From: a virus
Taxonomy: Duplodnaviria; Caudoviricetes
Reading direction: 5' to 3' (one strand)
Length of the DNA stretch: 38,349 bases
Virus record (IMG/VR): IMGVR_UViG_3300022670_000151
Location: 1-38,349 of that record
A model generated the notes under the pieces. The model made no database searches and had not been told where the DNA came from. It saw nothing but the letters and a program-made list of their open reading frames with translations. Position 1 is the first letter of the stretch. Every line of letters begins with the position of its first letter. Both the position numbers and the translations under genes were made by a program. This document shows, in pieces, positions 16,652 to 25,576 of the stretch.

Positions 16652-18202
16652 TTAAAAAGCTCCTATTAATGTACCGATACCACCAGCGGCTTGTCCAAGG
16701 CCAGATAGAATGCCTTGTTTTGGTGCTAAACCGGGAAGACCGGGCAACGCAGCACTTTGCGAGGCTGAGCCTGTTGAAATATTAGCTAGCAGGGCGGCTA
16801 ATTGTTGAAGTGATCCACTTTGGTTCGCTCCTGACGATTGAAGCACGTTAGCGATGTTCCCTGTGCCTTGCGCAAGTCGATCTGCTACGCCTGTTCCTTG
16901 TGCATTAACTAACGCAGCCAAAGAACTTCCTGTGTCACCTACAGCGGAAGCTATACCCTCGCCTACGCGCGTGCGCCCACTTGCCAACTGTTGACCAGTA
17001 TTTAAGAACGCCTGACCTCCGAATTGTCCCGCTTGTTGTGCTTGTTGCGCACCGAACTGGCCTAAATTAGACGTAATCCCAGCCAGTGTTTCACCGACAC
17101 CCAAACGGGCCTGAGCCCCGAATTCCCCAGCACGTTGCGCTTGTTGTGCCCTAGATTGTCCGAATGCCGAAGCAAGGCTAGATAAATTTTGACCTGTTGC
17201 AATTTGGGCTTGACCACCAAGCTCTCCAGCCCTTTGCGCGACCTGTGAACGTTGTTGTCCAAACGTAGATTGCAAGTTAGATAAATCTTGTCCTGTTCCG
17301 AGAATAGCTTGACCCCCAAGTTCGCCAGCCCTTTGTGATTGCTGGGCCGCTAATTGACCTAAACCAGAAGTTATACCAGCCTGTTGTCCAAATAATCCCG
17401 CTTGCTGCCCTGAAGCACTAAGGCCAAGTTGTGACAAAGCCCCCAAACGATTAAATTGGTTTCCAAAATCTTGCTGCGCACGACCGAAAGCGCGCCTTTG
17501 TAGTTCCTCTTGAACTTCCCCACCACCAAGACCACCAGTTGCTGAGGCGTTCCTAAGAACGGCCCGTTCCTGCTCTTCTCGTAAAAACGCCTGTCCGGGG
17601 CTTTCGTTAAAGTTTTGGAAAGCTTGACGTTGTGCGTCTGGACCTAATGCGCCAGATTGTGCAGCCTGTGTATTAAATGCACCGACTCCACCTGAAGCAA
17701 AAGGGTCTAACCTAGCAACACCAGAACCTATTTGTTGACCAACATTTTGACCTGTGCGGAAAATATCGCCTCGGGATTGTGACAAACCTCGACCAAGTCT
17801 TGACAACGCTCCCTGTAGGCCTCCGCGTAAGGATTGGCCAGCCAAACCCTCAGCCTGTGATAAATCACCACGAGCGATATTTGCGCCCTGACCAATTGAA
17901 GATAAACCCGTTTGTAATCCGGTCCTTAAATTCTGGCCAGCTAATCCCTCAGCCGCGCCTAAGTCTTGTCGAGCAACGTCGGCACCAGACCCTAGAAAAC
18001 CCAACGCCTCTTGTAAGGCGGTGTTTAAATCTTGCCCGGCTATTTGCCTAGTTTGCGCGATATCGCCACGGGCAAGAGTTTGGCCTTGGGCTACTTGTTG
18101 CAACGCGCCCTGAAGTCCGCCCTGTAAAGCTTGCTCTGACCCTATTAATCCTGTGTCGGGAACATTAATAACTCGTCCGTCTGGTAATCTTTGTAAAGCC
18201 AT
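16652..18202 (-). CDS. DNA ejection/transfer protein (gp7-like) with 33-aa repeats
   Basis: G/Q/A-rich; SPG..F....ERAV.RNASATGGL.GG core; C-terminal GG.G.LIG.F. Confidence 0.75.
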   Translation of the reverse strand: MALQRLPDGRVINVPDTGLIGSEQALQGGLQGALQQVAQGQTLARGDIAQTRQIAGQDLNTALQEALGFLGSGADVARQDLGAAEGLAGQNLRTGLQTGLSSIGQGANIARGDLSQAEGLAGQSLRGGLQGALSRLGRGLSQSRGDIFRTGQNVGQQIGSGVARLDPFASGGVGAFNTQAAQSGALGPDAQRQAFQNFNESPGQAFLREEQERAVLRNASATGGLGGGEVQEELQRRAFGRAQQDFGNQFNRLGALSQLGLSASGQQAGLFGQQAGITSGLGQLAAQQSQRAGELGGQAILGTGQDLSNLQSTFGQQRSQVAQRAGELGGQAQIATGQNLSSLASAFGQSRAQQAQRAGEFGAQARLGVGETLAGITSNLGQFGAQQAQQAGQFGGQAFLNTGQQLASGRTRVGEGIASAVGDTGSSLAALVNAQGTGVADRLAQGTGNIANVLQSSGANQSGSLQQLAALLANISTGSASQSAALPGLPGLAPKQGILSGLGQAAGGIGTLIGAF

Positions 18203-19209
18203 TAGAAGGGGTTCCCTGTGCTAAATCCGCCGCCACCACCACCACTTAAACCTAGTGCGATGCGGGTTAATGCTGGAGGTGTTGTTTGAAGTTGTGGCGC
18301 GACCGTAAGCTGCTGAATAAATGAAGCTGGGTCAAAAATATCTTGTTTAGGTTCTAAAGATTGTAGAATAGCCTCAATAGGAGTCGGTGCTTGTGGCAAA
18401 CTTACGGCTTGCGGTAGGCTTGCCACTTGTGGAACAGCAGCCGCTTGCTCTGCTATTTTATTTAAAACAAACGGGTTCGTTATATTGCCGCCAATAGGCA
18501 AGTTGGGCGTCGTATTAAAATGCTGCAGATCGTCAAAATCAGAAGACACGGTTTGAAAGTTCCCAATGTTATTATTGATAAAATCATTAACCGCTTGCAC
18601 CTGCGGAGTGATAGACGTGTCCCCAAAACTTGTAGGGTCAAAAATATCGCCAGCAGGTTCGGCTATCTGGTCAGGACTTATAGGTGGTCTTGACGTCGCG
18701 GGTGTTGTCTGAAAAATAGAACCTCGTCGATCATTAGAAGGCTGTCCGCCACCACTAAACAAGTTAGCTATGTCGTTTAATGATGTCTGCCCACCAGCAG
18801 GAACGGCAAACGGATTATTCGCAACAGGGCCCTGAACATTTTGTAAAAATGATGTGTCCGCGTTGATTGTCTGTGGTTGTAATGCTGAAAAATCAGTCGG
18901 AAGACCCAATAAAGCAGCCCGGATCAATGGCAGGGTGTCTGCGGTAATTTGCTGGGCCCCTACATTCCCTTGTTGAAATGCTTGTATTTCCGCAGGAATT
19001 CCTTGTCCTAAAATACCTAATGCGCCTTGAAAACCTTGTTGCGAAACGTCTAAAGCTTCTGGGAAAATACGTTGAACGTCACCACGAGCCTGAAGTGTCG
19101 CACGGTTAATTTCCGCTTGACGCGCCCGGTTATCCTGTTGCGTTGTCGCTAGGCTTTCTTCTGAGGCTTTGGATGTACCACCGCCGAAAATGCTTGAAAA
19201 GATACCCAT
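18202..19209 (-). CDS. Putative ejection/pilot protein
   Basis: MGIFSSIFGGG N-terminus after AGGA RBS; Q/P-rich; TAATG-coupled to next gene. Confidence 0.65.
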   Translation of the reverse strand: MGIFSSIFGGGTSKASEESLATTQQDNRARQAEINRATLQARGDVQRIFPEALDVSQQGFQGALGILGQGIPAEIQAFQQGNVGAQQITADTLPLIRAALLGLPTDFSALQPQTINADTSFLQNVQGPVANNPFAVPAGGQTSLNDIANLFSGGGQPSNDRRGSIFQTTPATSRPPISPDQIAEPAGDIFDPTSFGDTSITPQVQAVNDFINNNIGNFQTVSSDFDDLQHFNTTPNLPIGGNITNPFVLNKIAEQAAAVPQVASLPQAVSLPQAPTPIEAILQSLEPKQDIFDPASFIQQLTVAPQLQTTPPALTRIALGLSGGGGGGFSTGNPF

Positions 19210-19228
19210 TTGCTTTCGTCCTAAATTT

Positions 19229-19316
19229 GGAAGGAACTGCGTATTTTCCTTCAATATTTACCGCGATCAGCAAGTGGGCTTATCGCTACATTATATAAAA
19301 ACTAAAAAACAATCAA
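19229..19316 (-). promoter_or_regulatory. Candidate promoter and two-hairpin leader for ejection genes
   Basis: TTGATT (19316-19311) and TATAAT (19295-19290), only 15-nt spacer; hairpins at about 19263-19286 and 19230-19252. Confidence 0.4.
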
Positions 19317-19317
19317 G

Positions 19318-19566
19318 TTAAACCAAAATCCAACCGAACCGATCATCACCCGCGCCGTCGTCAGCGTCGCGTTTCACATAAAGAATATTTCCAGCAGTCC
19401 CCGCCGTATCCATATAAAACCGCGTAGGAAGAGATTTGAATATTCCCTCAGGTGAACCAGTGCCGGTTAGGATTTGCAAATTCGTTAACGTATCGATCCA
19501 AATAAGCATTTCTGAGGTCGTATCGCCGTTTTCATCAACTATATTTCGTGGGGGTGCTGGTATCAT
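19318..19566 (-). CDS. Small tail protein at the P22 gp26 (needle/plug) position
   Basis: ATGA-coupled to gp10-like gene; GTGSPEG...FY.D..G..G.ILYVK...GW module. Confidence 0.6.
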   Translation of the reverse strand: MIPAPPRNIVDENGDTTSEMLIWIDTLTNLQILTGTGSPEGIFKSLPTRFYMDTAGTAGNILYVKRDADDGAGDDRFGWILV

Positions 19567-21023
19567 TTGATGTTTGCCTCCAGTTTAATAAAGACTTTTC
19601 TAACCTTATCGCTCATTACCCACCTAAACGATTCCATGCGCGGAACACGGCCCTGACGACGCCAAATAGCGCGCCTTCCAAATTCGCCAATTTTACCGAC
19701 GCTCCGAGTAATACCGTCAGACCACGTCTTCCCGTCCTTGCTTCTAAGCATTGTTATTTTCGGGTCAGGAACTTCGGCGTTACCTACACCGCTTTCCAGC
19801 GTTAGCTCAATCGAAGGGACAAAAATAGGATCGCCAATATTAGAAAACGGCAACGTCGAAAATTCTGTAATTATGTTCTGGCCATATTCATCATAAAAAT
19901 CTAGGTCAAGCTCACCGACGCGGCCGTCGATACTATCGCCAACAAGAATGCGCCCATAAGCTTTGACAACGCTATTTACCCGATACCTGAATTCGGTCGC
20001 GACATCTTCCACAATGTCAAAACTTTTCCGTTCGTGCCATTTCTTAGAATTCAACTCATAGACTAAAGTTGTTGTTGGTAATGTGAATCCGACAAACCGA
20101 TCACCGCCTTGTGAATAAGCCCAACCAAAGACATTCCTTAACTGCGTTTCAGTTAACTTACCTAGGAGATCGTCTATTGCGTCTGTGGATATTGGAGCGA
20201 ACCTTGACCCTGTAAATCCGTAAATACTTGGTTCGTCATTCTTGCCACCACCAACAAAGAAAAATGTTTCTTGTGCGTTTATTAAAGAAAATGGGGATTT
20301 AACACCGATATTCAAAACGCCACCCTGAATGCGTATAAATGGGAAGCCTGCGCCCACGGTAGCCCCAGCATTACGGAATGGCTCGAAGGTATCGGCACCG
20401 CCAATGTAAACGATGTTATCTTGAACGATTGGGGCCTCGATTGTGTCGGGGTCGGCTTCCGCAGTTCCGAAATCAAGGGCATTATATGCAAGGCCATTAT
20501 TTAGAGCGGAAATAATAAATTTCTTTGTATCTGTTGTGAAAAGGAAGTAGCCGTCTATATAAACAACGTGCTGAGGGTTGCCGTTGGCAGTGAAAGAAGC
20601 GTCTACAATTTCGGTCAACGTGCCCGGCTCTAAAAAAATATAACCTTTACCGCCGGGGGAAAGAATACAAAGCTGGGTGTTGTTGTTTGCCATGCTAACG
20701 CGGCCCTCGCCTTCAATCGTTCCCAAATCAGATACAGTAAAACTTTCAACGCCCTGCGCGCTAATTATCTGGTTTAAACGATAAAGGTTAGTCCCATTTA
20801 CAAAATAAGGGATGCCGTTCATTACGTGCGCCCCTCGGTTTGCTTGTTGTTGTATCCCGCTTGTCGCCAATTGGTGCGCGCCGGGTGTTCCGAAGAGGCT
20901 TTCGTTTGCCAATCCCCCGCCTTGGTTAATGTGGACATAGGCGTTCTTGCACATCTGAGACGAAATAGGAAGACTTCGGCTGACGTAAAAACCGCCTGTT
21001 ATGGGTAATTGAGTTCTAGGCAT
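19563..21023 (-). CDS. P22 gp10-like tail hub / packaged-DNA stabilisation protein
   Basis: LFGTPG, RGAH, YIDGYFLF, F.TAEADPD, W.YSQGG..F, WHER, W.R.GR; beta-propeller-like. Confidence 0.88.
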   Translation of the reverse strand: MPRTQLPITGGFYVSRSLPISSQMCKNAYVHINQGGGLANESLFGTPGAHQLATSGIQQQANRGAHVMNGIPYFVNGTNLYRLNQIISAQGVESFTVSDLGTIEGEGRVSMANNNTQLCILSPGGKGYIFLEPGTLTEIVDASFTANGNPQHVVYIDGYFLFTTDTKKFIISALNNGLAYNALDFGTAEADPDTIEAPIVQDNIVYIGGADTFEPFRNAGATVGAGFPFIRIQGGVLNIGVKSPFSLINAQETFFFVGGGKNDEPSIYGFTGSRFAPISTDAIDDLLGKLTETQLRNVFGWAYSQGGDRFVGFTLPTTTLVYELNSKKWHERKSFDIVEDVATEFRYRVNSVVKAYGRILVGDSIDGRVGELDLDFYDEYGQNIITEFSTLPFSNIGDPIFVPSIELTLESGVGNAEVPDPKITMLRSKDGKTWSDGITRSVGKIGEFGRRAIWRRQGRVPRMESFRWVMSDKVRKVFIKLEANIK

Positions 21024-22609
21024 TAATTAATCCTAATTGACGACTTATTAACCGTTAAGTTCACATTATCGGAGTTATTTTCTATAAATAATTCAATGAA
21101 ATCAGTAGGGGCAAATTCCAATTGCCACATGATAGATGTTGATTTCGGATCATTGGAAGAAACTTTATTTTTACCGTTGGCATTCGGCACTATCACTCCG
21201 TTTTTAAATAAGTGAATTGTTATATCTTTATTGGTGCCCGAGACGGATTCAATTGTTGCCGCAATACTAATAGGCAACGTGGCATTTTTAACGCCGGTAT
21301 AAGTAAGCCTTCCCCCCGCTGTAACGATGAACTGGCTTATTGTTGGCTCTAGGGTCCAAACACCTGTGACAAGAACGGGAGTGTTTACAGTCGCGATAAC
21401 TGTATCGGTCGGCGTGTTGAAGCTAGTCAAAGCGTCAGGCCGTGTATCAGGAATGGTATTATTTAAAGCAAACTGCCATTGATTATCATCTGAGGTAATG
21501 CCTGATAGAGCGGCTCCCGCGCCCGATTGTATAACGTCTTGAATGGTCGCAAAACCACCAGCGTTAATATTTGCAGAAGCAGCCAATCCTGAAACCATTG
21601 TTGCACCAGAGTCAATAAATGGAAATGATGTAGTAAGGGAAAATCCGTCAAATGTAGCTGTTCCAAGGTCCAAGAATTTTCCTGCAGAAAGATTAACAAG
21701 GTTGCCAGTAGCAAGGAAAATACCATGCGCACCAGTGAACAAAAGTCCCGTTGTAGGCAAGCTATCAAACGAAACGTTGTTCATTTGAGACCCTCTTAAA
21801 GCATCCCATGTTCCAATTGATAAACAATCTTTGACGGTCATGTCTAACATTTGGAAAATACCAGTTCCCCCGCCTTGAATACTGGTAAGGGTCCCGGTGG
21901 GACAAGACAATTTTATTTTGGTAATTTTGCTAGCATTTCCGATATCCGTTATCATTACCCCAACGCCAGTATAGGTAAGTTGAATAAGGCTACTATCTGC
22001 CGCAGAAATTAAATTTCCGTTTAAGACGAGCCTATCAGTTCCGATATCAACGTCAGCGGTAAATAAATAATTTATGTCGGCGACAAGATTTATCACGCCA
22101 GCCACAGGTGGTGGTAAATCTGCCTTAACAGCGATGACAACTGTTTTTGTTGAGGCCGGGATGCCTGTTACAGATATTTGAATTTCGCCGGGGGTTCCTA
22201 CAATATTAATTCCAGAACCAGCTACCAATGAACGGAAAACCGCTGAGGAAGCCAAAGGGTCGTCAACAAGTGCTGTACCATCGTCGTTAAATGAAAAGTC
22301 GGTAGATATCTCGACACAATTATCGTCGTTAATTTCAATGAAAATACCAAAGCCATTTTTAAGATTGCGAATACCTTTAATAGAGCCTTGGTCGTCAAGG
22401 ATAGGAACACATAGGGCGTCGCCCACCTGAATAATGGAACCAGTCACGCCTAAAGCAGTTAAAAGGTCGGCAATAGTGATTTTTCTATTTTCGTTGTTGG
22501 TAACAAAATCGAAGGTCGTATCAGCAGGAATATTTTGAATGCCAACGAACTTACTTTTTTTAATACCGCGACGGCGTCGGTTTGTTGCGTTGTTGTCATC
22601 ACCAGACAT
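21023..22609 (-). CDS. Putative structural/receptor-binding protein (beta-rich core, C1q/TNF-like C-terminus)
   Basis: Lies between gp4-like and gp10-like genes; FRSLVAGSGINI fibre-like motif; terminal LFKNG...L...DFIELFIEN. Confidence 0.6.
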   Translation of the reverse strand: MSGDDNNATNRRRRGIKKSKFVGIQNIPADTTFDFVTNNENRKITIADLLTALGVTGSIIQVGDALCVPILDDQGSIKGIRNLKNGFGIFIEINDDNCVEISTDFSFNDDGTALVDDPLASSAVFRSLVAGSGINIVGTPGEIQISVTGIPASTKTVVIAVKADLPPPVAGVINLVADINYLFTADVDIGTDRLVLNGNLISAADSSLIQLTYTGVGVMITDIGNASKITKIKLSCPTGTLTSIQGGGTGIFQMLDMTVKDCLSIGTWDALRGSQMNNVSFDSLPTTGLLFTGAHGIFLATGNLVNLSAGKFLDLGTATFDGFSLTTSFPFIDSGATMVSGLAASANINAGGFATIQDVIQSGAGAALSGITSDDNQWQFALNNTIPDTRPDALTSFNTPTDTVIATVNTPVLVTGVWTLEPTISQFIVTAGGRLTYTGVKNATLPISIAATIESVSGTNKDITIHLFKNGVIVPNANGKNKVSSNDPKSTSIMWQLEFAPTDFIELFIENNSDNVNLTVNKSSIRIN

Positions 22610-22614
22610 AAGAT

Positions 22615-23094
22615 TTATTCCTCTACGGTTCCAGATTCAAGGCCGATAATCCCTGCGGCTTCGGCTAAAATTTCGGCTTCAAGATTGGGATAATAACGGC
22701 GCGAAACTCCGCAGCCATGATTTCCTGACCCAACGGGCAACGTGCCGGGGAATGCACTTACAATAGAACCAACACCAATCCTGCGCATGGCCTTCAATCC
22801 GTCCCGCGCTGACTTAACGGTGAAAGCACCAGCCTCGCCCCCGTAATCACTAACAAGGTCTAGAGCCACATTATAAATGCAGCCACGTAATGCACCTGAA
22901 GGGATTGTCACGTCGTCCCCAAGGTCGGTCACTTCGGTATAGCCAAGGTTCACACCTTCAGCGGCTAGACCTAACATGTAATTATTCATGGTGAAAATTG
23001 CGTCTTTGAATTCGGCAGGCTCCAGAGCGGACTCCGAAGCCTGAACCAAAATTGCTTGCAACGAAGCTTTCAAGACTTGCGCTGCTGTAGCCAT
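22615..23094 (-). CDS. P22 gp4-like head-to-tail adaptor
   Basis: L...E..DA...MN..M......G..LGY, YN.AL.L..DYG, P.TLPVGSGN motifs. Confidence 0.82.
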   Translation of the reverse strand: MATAAQVLKASLQAILVQASESALEPAEFKDAIFTMNNYMLGLAAEGVNLGYTEVTDLGDDVTIPSGALRGCIYNVALDLVSDYGGEAGAFTVKSARDGLKAMRRIGVGSIVSAFPGTLPVGSGNHGCGVSRRYYPNLEAEILAEAAGIIGLESGTVEE

Positions 23095-23300
23095 TACTTA
23101 TCGCCTTTTTTCTTAGCGGGTTTCTTGGCTTCTTTTTTTGGTGCTTCTTTACGTTCCCAGCCTAAACGTTCGGCTTCAGCGATACTTGCTGGAGTGTCGT
23201 TGGTGATCGCTTCGGTTTTGGATTTTCCGGGCTTAATCCAAGTGATTTTAACTCGGGGTTTTACTTCTTCTTCGGTAGTTTCATTTTCTAAATTAGGCAT
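23094..23300 (-). CDS. Small hypothetical protein after coat gene
   Basis: AE.LGW motif; Lys-rich tail; TAATG-coupled to gp4-like gene. Confidence 0.7.
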   Translation of the reverse strand: MPNLENETTEEEVKPRVKITWIKPGKSKTEAITNDTPASIAEAERLGWERKEAPKKEAKKPAKKKGDK

Positions 23301-23340
23301 TGGAACGCCCTTTCAATTTGTTAAAAAGTATAATGTGAGG

Positions 23341-23361
23341 AAAAGAAGGGGCCGAAGCCCC
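23341..23361 (-). terminator. Intrinsic terminator after major capsid gene
   Basis: GGGGC-TTCG-GCCCC followed by TTCTTTT on the - strand. Confidence 0.88.
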
Positions 23362-23368
23362 TATCTAA

Positions 23369-24637
23369 TTAAGGGCTACCGTATGCAAGACCCGCATAAA
23401 GTTGGTTCATTGCGCCAAACGCCGGGCGAATATCGAGACGAACTTTCTGCTCGTTCGCGTCACCGTTTGAATACTTGCTTACCCGCAACATAAGACCATC
23501 TGCAGACTTGGCCAGCGTATCGGTTGCATGTAGTTTTTCCATATCAACAAAACCAATACCGTAGGCGTCACGATGCCAGAATAAACTAGGTTTGTTAACC
23601 GTGGAAGCCGCGCCCAATAAGGTAACAATGTCGCCACCAATGGGGGCACTATCAGCCGTATTGTAAGCACCCGGCGATACTTCGAAGATGGCGGGGCCTG
23701 TTACGATGATTGTACCTTCGCCCGAGCCGTCTAGTGTAACGTCTGCGGTGACGGTGCCTGTCCAAATAATCTGCGCGCCCGTCTCATCGGTGGCAGCTTG
23801 ACGTGTCGCACGGTTAATGCGGAAACGTCCCGTAATTTGGATAACTTCGCCGGCTTTAATCTCAAGGCCAATACCGAAGCTGGCTAGAGCTAAAGCTTGC
23901 GTCATTGTGTCTTTGGCTCCGACATACGTCACGATAGGGCTGGAGTCTAAAACACCAACACGGTCGGCAACGGCAGAAGACACATAAGAAGTTAGACTGT
24001 CCGCGGTCATAACCTTCATACCTGCCTGATTTTCATTAATAACGGCAGTCTCACTTGCTTTTGTAACTTGAGGATTAACACCCAAAGAACGCTGCTCGGT
24101 TGCTAGTGCCACTTGTGAAAATGGATCTAAAGCGAAATTCCACTGACCTTTAGGAACACCAGTTTCGGCCATTAAAGCACCTGCTCGGGCTATTTCTTCC
24201 CAGCTATTTACTTTGTTGTCCGGGGTGCCTGAAAGCAAACCAGCGTTGTTACGCATAAATAAAGCGAAGTTTGTTTCTAGCTTGGTCACGATTTCAATCG
24301 CGGCGTCGTCAAAGAAACGGTTGATGTCGGAACCCATCTCAAGAGCTTGTTTCGCTTCGCTGAATTTTAGCGGAACGGTAATATAGTCTTGGACTGTTGC
24401 GGGTGCTTTGCCGGTGATGATATCGCGGTGTGAGCCTGAGATATCGCCGTCTGAGGTTTCAACTGGCAAGTAGCGTGTTGGTCGTTTCAAGAAGACCGTG
24501 TCACCACTATCGGCGTCAAATTCGCCAGCTAGAAATTGTGTGTTTACATTTTTGGAAAGGACGCGATTGGCTTCAACACGAGCCAAAACTTTCATGGCGA
24601 CCTTTTCGGTGAAATTGCTGTCAAAACTATTAGCCAT
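23369..24637 (-). CDS. Major capsid protein (P22/Sf6 coat family)
   Basis: MAN...SN, SGDTV..KRP.RY, I.TGKA.ATVQDYITV, LFWH.DA; 422 aa; followed by terminator. Confidence 0.92.
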   Translation of the reverse strand: MANSFDSNFTEKVAMKVLARVEANRVLSKNVNTQFLAGEFDADSGDTVFLKRPTRYLPVETSDGDISGSHRDIITGKAPATVQDYITVPLKFSEAKQALEMGSDINRFFDDAAIEIVTKLETNFALFMRNNAGLLSGTPDNKVNSWEEIARAGALMAETGVPKGQWNFALDPFSQVALATEQRSLGVNPQVTKASETAVINENQAGMKVMTADSLTSYVSSAVADRVGVLDSSPIVTYVGAKDTMTQALALASFGIGLEIKAGEVIQITGRFRINRATRQAATDETGAQIIWTGTVTADVTLDGSGEGTIIVTGPAIFEVSPGAYNTADSAPIGGDIVTLLGAASTVNKPSLFWHRDAYGIGFVDMEKLHATDTLAKSADGLMLRVSKYSNGDANEQKVRLDIRPAFGAMNQLYAGLAYGSP

Positions 24638-24646
24638 TTTACTATC

Positions 24647-25471
24647 CTAAGTAAAAGTAGCCCCCTCTATTAAAGGGTCCTTGCCTTCTGGCGCGGCCTT
24701 GCCTTCGACGGGTGTCGCAGGTGTGGGGGCTTTGGTTTTTTCCCGTGCGCTGGATAGTTTAGGTTTCAGTGTCGTTTCAAAGTAAGCACCAAATTCAACC
24801 GAGTTCATGTTTTTAACAGTGTCCAAGTCTTGCATATTACTGGCAAGATGGGCTGTTATAACAGGCCCTAATTCATTGGTAACAAGAAAGCTATGGATTT
24901 CTGGGGATTTAATGCTGTCGCCGACGAATACCATGTCATTGACCATCTTATCCTTATCAATTCCGAAATCTTTCGACCTACTAAAATAAGCGTCACCTTC
25001 CTTCTTTTCTTTGTCCGCGATTTCTCGCTGACTTCGTTCGGTGGCTTCTTTTCGGTCGTTTAATGTACGACTTTGATTAGCCAAGAACACAGCGCGGTTT
25101 GCATTTGCTTCGTCCCGTGTTGCAATTAAGACGTCGAATTTATCTTCTTCTCCGATAAAGTCGTCACGGTTAGGCATTGGTGGAACTACGGGTTCAGTTT
25201 CAACTGGTCTCTGGGCTTCCAATTCGCGGACCCGACTTTCGGCGGCTTCGGCTCTTTGGCGTTGTTCGTGGATTTTTCGGGTCTTTTTAGACGCGACTCC
25301 GTCGATAACAGCCTGTTGTTCAGGTGAAAATTCTACCTTTTGTTCCTGTGAACCATCTTCATTACCTTGATTGTCGGTCGTGGTGTTTTCTGTTGGTTCG
25401 GCTTCCGGGGTCGATGCGGATAGGGTCTGACTTTCGTCTTCACCTTGCGACTGGTTCTGGTCAATAGCCAT
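24647..25471 (-). CDS. Scaffolding protein
   Basis: Between portal and coat; acidic N-terminus, coiled coil, TKAP.P..P..G...GATF C-terminus. Confidence 0.85.
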   Translation of the reverse strand: MAIDQNQSQGEDESQTLSASTPEAEPTENTTTDNQGNEDGSQEQKVEFSPEQQAVIDGVASKKTRKIHEQRQRAEAAESRVRELEAQRPVETEPVVPPMPNRDDFIGEEDKFDVLIATRDEANANRAVFLANQSRTLNDRKEATERSQREIADKEKKEGDAYFSRSKDFGIDKDKMVNDMVFVGDSIKSPEIHSFLVTNELGPVITAHLASNMQDLDTVKNMNSVEFGAYFETTLKPKLSSAREKTKAPTPATPVEGKAAPEGKDPLIEGATFT

Positions 25472-25576
25472 ATTTTAGAATCCCTTTGAAGGTTTTAAGT
25501 TCCTTGCTTTTGCTGCAAGTAAGCTAGAAATAACAAAATTTATTAACCAAATCAAGGTTAATTAACTAAATAATGG

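Noticed and set aside
13942-19209. Genetic-code reassignment as the cause of missing Tyr/Trp
   Set aside because: Other genes use TAT/TAC/TGG at conserved motif positions, all three stop codons terminate genes normally, and ORFs are intact under code 11
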